A stretch of DNA of 62,623 nt, the filler included, from an uncultured bacterium (GTDB taxonomy: Bacteria; UBA8481), in assembly GCA_964499705.1 (NCBI GenBank). It is 5 parts of 5 records of this genome, joined end to end, with 100 filler letters (N's around TTAATTAATTAA, not from the genome) between each part and the next. Parts side by side here need not be neighbours in the genome. Positions count along the whole stretch, not along the records: positions 31,422 to 59,396 come from CAZCME010000030.1; positions 59,497 to 61,019 come from CAZCME010000044.1; positions 61,120 to 62,623 come from CAZCME010000045.1; 2 more parts are not named here. The stretch is one strand, 5' to 3'. Positions 58,252 to 62,623 of this stretch are shown here, piece by piece (position 1 is the first letter of the stretch; the number at the start of each line of letters is the position of its first letter). The notes beneath the pieces are model-generated. The model did no database searches and had not been told where the DNA came from. It saw nothing but the letters and a program-made list of their open reading frames with translations. The translations under genes were made by a program, and so were the position numbers.

Positions 58252-58989
58252 TCATCTGGAATTGTTCACATGCATGTGAAGGACGTAAGAGGCGTGATCC
58301 CACCTGAAACCAAGGCCCTCGTACAATCGGATCGACGGGGCATTGGCCGCCTGCGTGCCGACCTCGAGCCGGCTTGCGCGGCCGAATTCCTGCATGAAAA
58401 AAGCGGTCAGCGCCCGGCCCACGCCCTGACGTTCCATCCCGCGCTTCACGCCGATGAGGTCGATTCGATGGATCGAGGAATCATTCCCCTGGGATTTGTG
58501 TACCGCAAGGAAGCCGGCTGGTTCTCCGTGCGCGAGGGCGATCAGGACTTTCTCGCCGCGCGCGCCGCTCCGGTAGCTCTCCATCCAGCTCCGCTTGATG
58601 AGATTCGCGAGAGTGTCGGGTATGAGCGGATCCAGATGGAAACGGGAAAATCGGAAGGTGGAGCCGGCGATATCAAGGACCGCGTCCCATTCCGATCCGC
58701 TAGGTTCGCGGATTTCATGGAGCGCCGGCTGAGAGGTGGATGCTTGCCCGATCTCGCAGCATAGATTGACGTGGACATCCACGGCATAGAAACCCGCTCC
58801 GGCGAGCCCCCGCACTGTCTCAACATCCGCAACCGGCACCTTGGTGAAATAGAATGCCCGGTCCTGGAGTCGCGCGTGCTCGGCGATCATTTCCGTCCGC
58901 GATTCGGAATTTCGGACGGATCGGGCGTTCATGGAAAATACCGGATAGCCGAATAAAGCGCTGAACCACTCGTCTTTCCGGATGGTCAT
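58252..58989 (-). CDS. GNAT acetyltransferase (WecD/RffC-like)
   Basis: FSRFHLDP, RQGVG, VGTQAAN..SIRLYEGLGF. Confidence 0.82.
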   Translation of the reverse strand: MTIRKDEWFSALFGYPVFSMNARSVRNSESRTEMIAEHARLQDRAFYFTKVPVADVETVRGLAGAGFYAVDVHVNLCCEIGQASTSQPALHEIREPSGSEWDAVLDIAGSTFRFSRFHLDPLIPDTLANLIKRSWMESYRSGARGEKVLIALAHGEPAGFLAVHKSQGNDSSIHRIDLIGVKRGMERQGVGRALTAFFMQEFGRASRLEVGTQAANAPSIRLYEGLGFRWDHASYVLHMHVNNSR

Positions 58990-59396
58990 CGAGCAGGAGC
59001 GACGGAAGAACTCTTGGTGATGAATTGACGATACCAGTCGATGTATTTGGGCATACCGAGATCGATCGGATGCGCAGGAGTGTATCCAAGGCGTGTGCGC
59101 GCCGCGCTGATATCCAGAGTGCCTCGAACAGGTCGCAAAGCATCCCGGGTTGTGTGCTCAATATTAACGCCGGGGAAATATTGTTGGATGATGGAGACGA
59201 GATCGCGGATGGATCGGGATTCCCCATATGTCATATTGAAGGTGCGATTCATCGCGGAGGGGTTCATGACAGCCAGGCAGATCCCGTCGACCAGATCGTC
59301 CACAAAGGTGAAGTCCAGCTTCTCTTCGCCGTCGCCCTCGAACTTCAGCGGAATATTGTCGAAGGCGTCTTCGACGAAGATCTGGCCGACCCGGCG
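58986..59396 (-). CDS. NAD-dependent sugar epimerase/dehydratase, 3' fragment
   Basis: GDGEEKLDFTFVDD, FNMTYG, LGYTP...YIDWY. Confidence 0.85.
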   Translation of the reverse strand, partial: RRVGQIFVEDAFDNIPLKFEGDGEEKLDFTFVDDLVDGICLAVMNPSAMNRTFNMTYGESRSIRDLVSIIQQYFPGVNIEHTTRDALRPVRGTLDISAARTRLGYTPAHPIDLGMPKYIDWYRQFITKSSSVAPAR

Positions 59397-59496
59397 NNNN
59401 NNNNNNNNNNNNNNNNNNNNNNNNNNNNNNNNNNNNNNNNTTAATTAATTAANNNNNNNNNNNNNNNNNNNNNNNNNNNNNNNNNNNNNNNNNNNN
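59397..59496. other. Artificial contig spacer
   Basis: N-run + TTAATTAATTAA + N-run. Confidence 0.98.
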
Positions 59497-59780
59497 GCTT
59501 CCTCGATGCTGTTCTCGATCCGCCAGCGCTTGGCATAGCGTAGGATGATGCCGGCCGTTGATGTCTCCTCGTCGTTCGTGATGAAGAAGGCGGGCTCTTC
59601 CCGACCGTTGCCCTTCATGATCAGCTGCCGGAGCTCGCCGTACCCATTGAGCACGGTCTTGGCGTCATGCACGACGGGATTCCTGTATCGGCGCCTGGCC
59701 GAGTCAATCGTGACGCGCTTCCAGTCTTCCGCCGGGATCGCTTCCGCGTCGCGCACGAGGTTTTTCCCTCTGCGCCGCAG
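59497..59780 (-). pseudogene. Internal fragment of an IS4-like DDE transposase
   Basis: LRRRGKNL...FFITND...RYAKRWRIENSIEE (YxxRWxIE signature); no start, abuts the region downstream of istB. Confidence 0.7.
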
Positions 59781-59902
59781 GGCTTCGGCGCTCGGATAAA
59801 TTCCCCCACCTGCGCTCAGTTAAACTGGACCAGCGAGCGCACGCGTGAGTTCGCTGGGCGCGGACGCGCGGTGCGACCTGCGGACCATGACCGCGACCCG
59901 GT

Positions 59903-60676
59903 CTACACGTCCTGCGTGGCGTGACGTACGTTCTTCGGGCGGATGCTGATGCACTTCCGCATGTTGAATACGGCGCAGTTCTCGGTCATCCGGTCGAGCA
60001 GCGCCGCCGTGAGGTGCTTGTTCTGAAGAAAGTCAGCCCATTCCTCGTAGCCGAGTTGGGTCGTGATCAGTGTCGTCTTTTTCAGATGACGCCGTTTCAT
60101 GAGATCGAAGAAGAGTCCGGCCTGCTCCTTGTGGATGGCCGTATATCCTAATTCGTCAATGACAAGGCAATCGTAGCTGGAGAAACGCTTGACCAGCTTT
60201 TTCTCTGTGCGATCGCCGATGGAGCGCCAGAGGCGATCGAGCAGGTCCTTGAAGTCGATCCAGCAGCCACGATAGCCGTGGTTGAGGGCGTGAATGAGAT
60301 AGCTCGTTGCGAGCCCTGTTTTTCCGCAGCCGGTCGGCCCCATGAAGATGAGATCCTGCGGCTTCTTCATGAATTCGAGCGTCTCGTAGAGTTCGAGCAC
60401 GAACCGTTTTTTCAAGGCCGGCTGGCGGTCAAATGGAAAGGTCTCCATGATCCAGGCTTCCGGGATCTTGGCCCGGCGAATGCGCGAGAGACGAAGCCGC
60501 TCCCGCTTATCGGATGCCTCGGCGGTGATGGCCTCGCGCAGGAAGCGATCGTAGGAAGGCTTCTCTTGTCTTGCGGACGCGAGAAGCTTGTCCCAGTTCT
60601 CGCCGACAAAGCGCAGGCCGAGCAGAGCGAGCGCCGCCTGCAGCAGTTCATCCGACGGGAGGGTCTTGGTCGTCAT
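59903..60676 (-). CDS. istB: IS21-family helper ATPase
   Basis: FPFDRQP, GPTGCGKTGLA, IDELGY, TTQL, ALLDR. Confidence 0.9.
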   Translation of the reverse strand: MTTKTLPSDELLQAALALLGLRFVGENWDKLLASARQEKPSYDRFLREAITAEASDKRERLRLSRIRRAKIPEAWIMETFPFDRQPALKKRFVLELYETLEFMKKPQDLIFMGPTGCGKTGLATSYLIHALNHGYRGCWIDFKDLLDRLWRSIGDRTEKKLVKRFSSYDCLVIDELGYTAIHKEQAGLFFDLMKRRHLKKTTLITTQLGYEEWADFLQNKHLTAALLDRMTENCAVFNMRKCISIRPKNVRHATQDV

Positions 60677-61019
60677 CCTTTTTCTCCGTGTTCATGAGTC
60701 GGGCGTACCCGGCGAGGTCCGGCTCGTCCGAGAAGGCGCCCTCGGCGTAGGTTTCGCGTTGACGGTACCCGTCGCTGGCCAGCGCCTCGAATCCCCAGTC
60801 GGAAGCGGCATCGGGGGGTTCGCGCAGGAGCAGCGACGCGATTCGCTCGATCGAGTCGATCTCGGCGATTCCGTAGTGAAGCGCCTGGGAGAGGGTGGCC
60901 AGAAACAGGGCTGGCGTGATCCGGCCCGAGAGCGAGTAGAGTTCGCGAACGAACCGGTGGCGATACCTCACACGCCCTGGGTTTGCCGTCAACCAGTCGA
61001 GATAGCGGGCAGCCTCCGG
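60648..61019 (-). CDS. istA: Probable IS21 transposase, C-terminal fragment
   Basis: Open to the contig edge, overlaps the istB start, ends DLAGYARL as typical IstA tails do. Confidence 0.6.
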   Translation of the reverse strand, partial: PEAARYLDWLTANPGRVRYRHRFVRELYSLSGRITPALFLATLSQALHYGIAEIDSIERIASLLLREPPDAASDWGFEALASDGYRQRETYAEGAFSDEPDLAGYARLMNTEKKDDDQDPPVG

Positions 61020-61119
61020 NNNNNNNNNNNNNNNNNNNNNNNNNNNNNNNNNNNNNNNNNNNNTTAATTAATTAANNNNNNNNNNNNNNNNNNNNNNNNN
61101 NNNNNNNNNNNNNNNNNNN
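61020..61119. other. Artificial contig spacer
   Basis: N-run + TTAATTAATTAA + N-run. Confidence 0.98.
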
Positions 61120-61404
61120 GTGAGTGGCGGCCACTTCGGAGACGGTGATTACTCGCAGGAAGAATTGGTCGCGGAGTTCGCGTCTGCTTTCCTTTGTACC
61201 CACGTCGGCATAGAGAACGAGATCGAGCAGAGCGCGGCGTATCTTCAAGGCTGGCTCGCGGTGCTTCGTGACGACAAGAAGATGCTCGTCCAGGCCGCTG
61301 GTCTCGCGCAACGGGCGGCGGACTATGTTCTGAATATTCGATTCGACGAGGCGGAACACAGCGAGCCTATCGCGCCCGCTGAGGATCTCGCGATCGCGGC
61401 GTGA
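61120..61404 (+). CDS. ardC: ArdC-like antirestriction protein, C-terminal zincin-like fragment
   Basis: FGDGDYSQEELVAEFASAFLC...SAAYLQGWL..L...AAGLAQRAADYVL. Confidence 0.85.
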   Translation: MSGGHFGDGDYSQEELVAEFASAFLCTHVGIENEIEQSAAYLQGWLAVLRDDKKMLVQAAGLAQRAADYVLNIRFDEAEHSEPIAPAEDLAIAA

Positions 61405-61449
61405 TCATTGCGACTTCGTTCTGCGTCGTTGAAATCCGTTTTGTGAGTA

Positions 61450-61911
61450 GAGTTCCACCCTGCCGCCGCTTACCGGCGGTGCAAGGGCCGCGCCGGCGCT
61501 GGGGTGTGGCGGAGCAATGGTCGCGCCCGCCCCGCCTGAACTCGTCGATGCTCATCGAAGAGTGATCGGTTGATTCCTTCTTCAAGGTAGGCGGGGCGGT
61601 CACGCCCATTGCAGACGCACTCCGGTCGCTCCCTTCCGCTGCCGGTGTCCAAAAATCGGAGCATCCTGTCCTGATTCTGGACACAAAAAGACGTGTCCAG
61701 AATCAGGACAGGACTCCTCGTCGCACTCGGCGTGCTCGCCCTTGCCGCTGCGCGGCAGCGGGCTCCGCTCGCCGGCGCTCCTCGTCGCCCTTCGGGTGTC
61801 CATTTTTGGATCACCGTCCGCTTCAGTCCGCGCCCTGCGTGCTTCCGCCCCACCCGATCGCCGTCACGTCCCTTGCACCTACCTCCAGTAAGCGGCGGCA
61901 GGGTGGAACTC
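61450..61911. repeat. Large nested inverted-repeat element (structured ssDNA or RNA)
   Basis: Perfect 24-bp IR 61450-61473/61888-61911, perfect 21-bp IR 61664-61684/61693-61713, plus several inner helices. Confidence 0.9.
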
Positions 61912-61957
61912 CCCAACAGGGACAGCCCAAATCAAACCACCGCAACGGAGGCAACAA

Positions 61958-62623
61958 ATGAATATCGCTGTTATCGGCAGCAGGGACTTTCCTCAACTCA
62001 ACTACGTCGCGGCATACGTCGCCGGACTTTCACCGGAAACGGTCATCGTCTCCGGTGGCGCGCGCGGCGTCGATCGGACAGCAGCGGCAACGGCACGCGC
62101 AACCGGCAAGCAGGTCCGTGAATTTCTTCCGAATTGGGATCGGGACGGAAAATCCGCCGGCTTCAAACGGAATGCGGAAATCGTCGCCGCGGCTGATCGG
62201 CTCGTTGCTTTCTGGGACGGCAAGTCACGCGGCACGGCGGATACCATCGAAAAAGCCCGACAGGCGGAACTTACCATCACGGTCATCAATCCCGACGGCT
62301 CGCGATACGAACCCGAACCCATCGACGCGGATTCATTCGACGACAGCGACCCGCAGGACGGCGCGACGCGGGAAGAATACGAAGACGCCAAGGCGCGCGA
62401 TGAAGTCACTGATTTCACTTTTCCGAAATCAGACCACGAAGGCAGACCCATGGTGAAGCTACTTACGACGGCCCTCCGGTGGATCTGCGCCGCGAAGGCG
62501 AAGACACGCACAACCAAGGACGGCCGCGCGCTCGAATATTTCACGCAAGCCTGTTTCACCGCCCGGGGAAATCGCCTCATTCTCACCTACGACGCCGGCA
62601 CGCACCCGATGAAGGAAGGCGCC
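61958..62623 (+). CDS. SLOG-family (YspA/DUF2493-like) protein with C-terminal extension, 3' truncated (absent from ORF track)
   Basis: GGAGG SD; manual translation MNIAVIGSRDF...IVSGGARGVD...WDRDGKSAGFKRNAEIV...AFWDGKSRGT; open to the window end. Confidence 0.85.
   Translation, partial: MNIAVIGSRDFPQLNYVAAYVAGLSPETVIVSGGARGVDRTAAATARATGKQVREFLPNWDRDGKSAGFKRNAEIVAAADRLVAFWDGKSRGTADTIEKARQAELTITVINPDGSRYEPEPIDADSFDDSDPQDGATREEYEDAKARDEVTDFTFPKSDHEGRPMVKLLTTALRWICAAKAKTRTTKDGRALEYFTQACFTARGNRLILTYDAGTHPMKEGA

Noticed and set aside
61470-62121. ORF-track ORFs across the fold-back element (61470-61916 minus, 61693-62121 plus)
   Set aside because: No SD or motifs, Arg/Pro-rich composition, and they overlap the inverted repeats and the real SLOG ORF.

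Overview
The window is five bacterial (probably MAG) contigs joined by artificial N44-TTAATTAATTAA-N44 spacers (8943-9042, 31322-31421, 59397-59496, 61020-61119), so adjacency across a spacer carries no information. Contig 1 (1-8942): a 5'-truncated giant Fn3/Ig-repeat surface protein with a T9SS/FlgD-type C-terminal domain, a PorV-like barrel, and a pilH/pilI/pilG-like ABC/TPR trio. Contig 2 (9043-31321): the end of an integrated element (ssb 3' end, small protein, putative ssDNA-annealing protein, RHH protein, Cas4-like nuclease, then an AT-richer cargo of Ser/Thr kinase, ClpA/C-type ATPase, kinase-propeller and alpha/beta hydrolase). The element ends exactly at the anticodon loop of an unrepaired 5' half of tRNA-Tyr, followed by host genes (glycan-modifying enzymes, DtxR/MntR, ispH, LLM oxidoreductase, debranching enzyme, ferritin, bolA, grxD). 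Contig 3 (31422-59396): an ABC-exported (wzm/wzt) surface-glycan locus rich in tailoring enzymes (methyltransferases, three PhyH dioxygenases, ACP, adenylate ligase, AAC(3)-type acyltransferase, three amidotransferases). Contig 4: IS21 istA'/istB next to a truncated DDE transposase. Contig 5: ardC 3' end, a ~460-nt multi-branched inverted-repeat element, and a SLOG-domain gene running off the window. The best candidates for something undescribed are the kinase-Clp-kinase-hydrolase cargo, the tRNA-splitting element carrying a Red-like recombination module, and the large structured element between ardC and the SLOG gene. All protein calls are from motif recognition by eye; no database searches were run.
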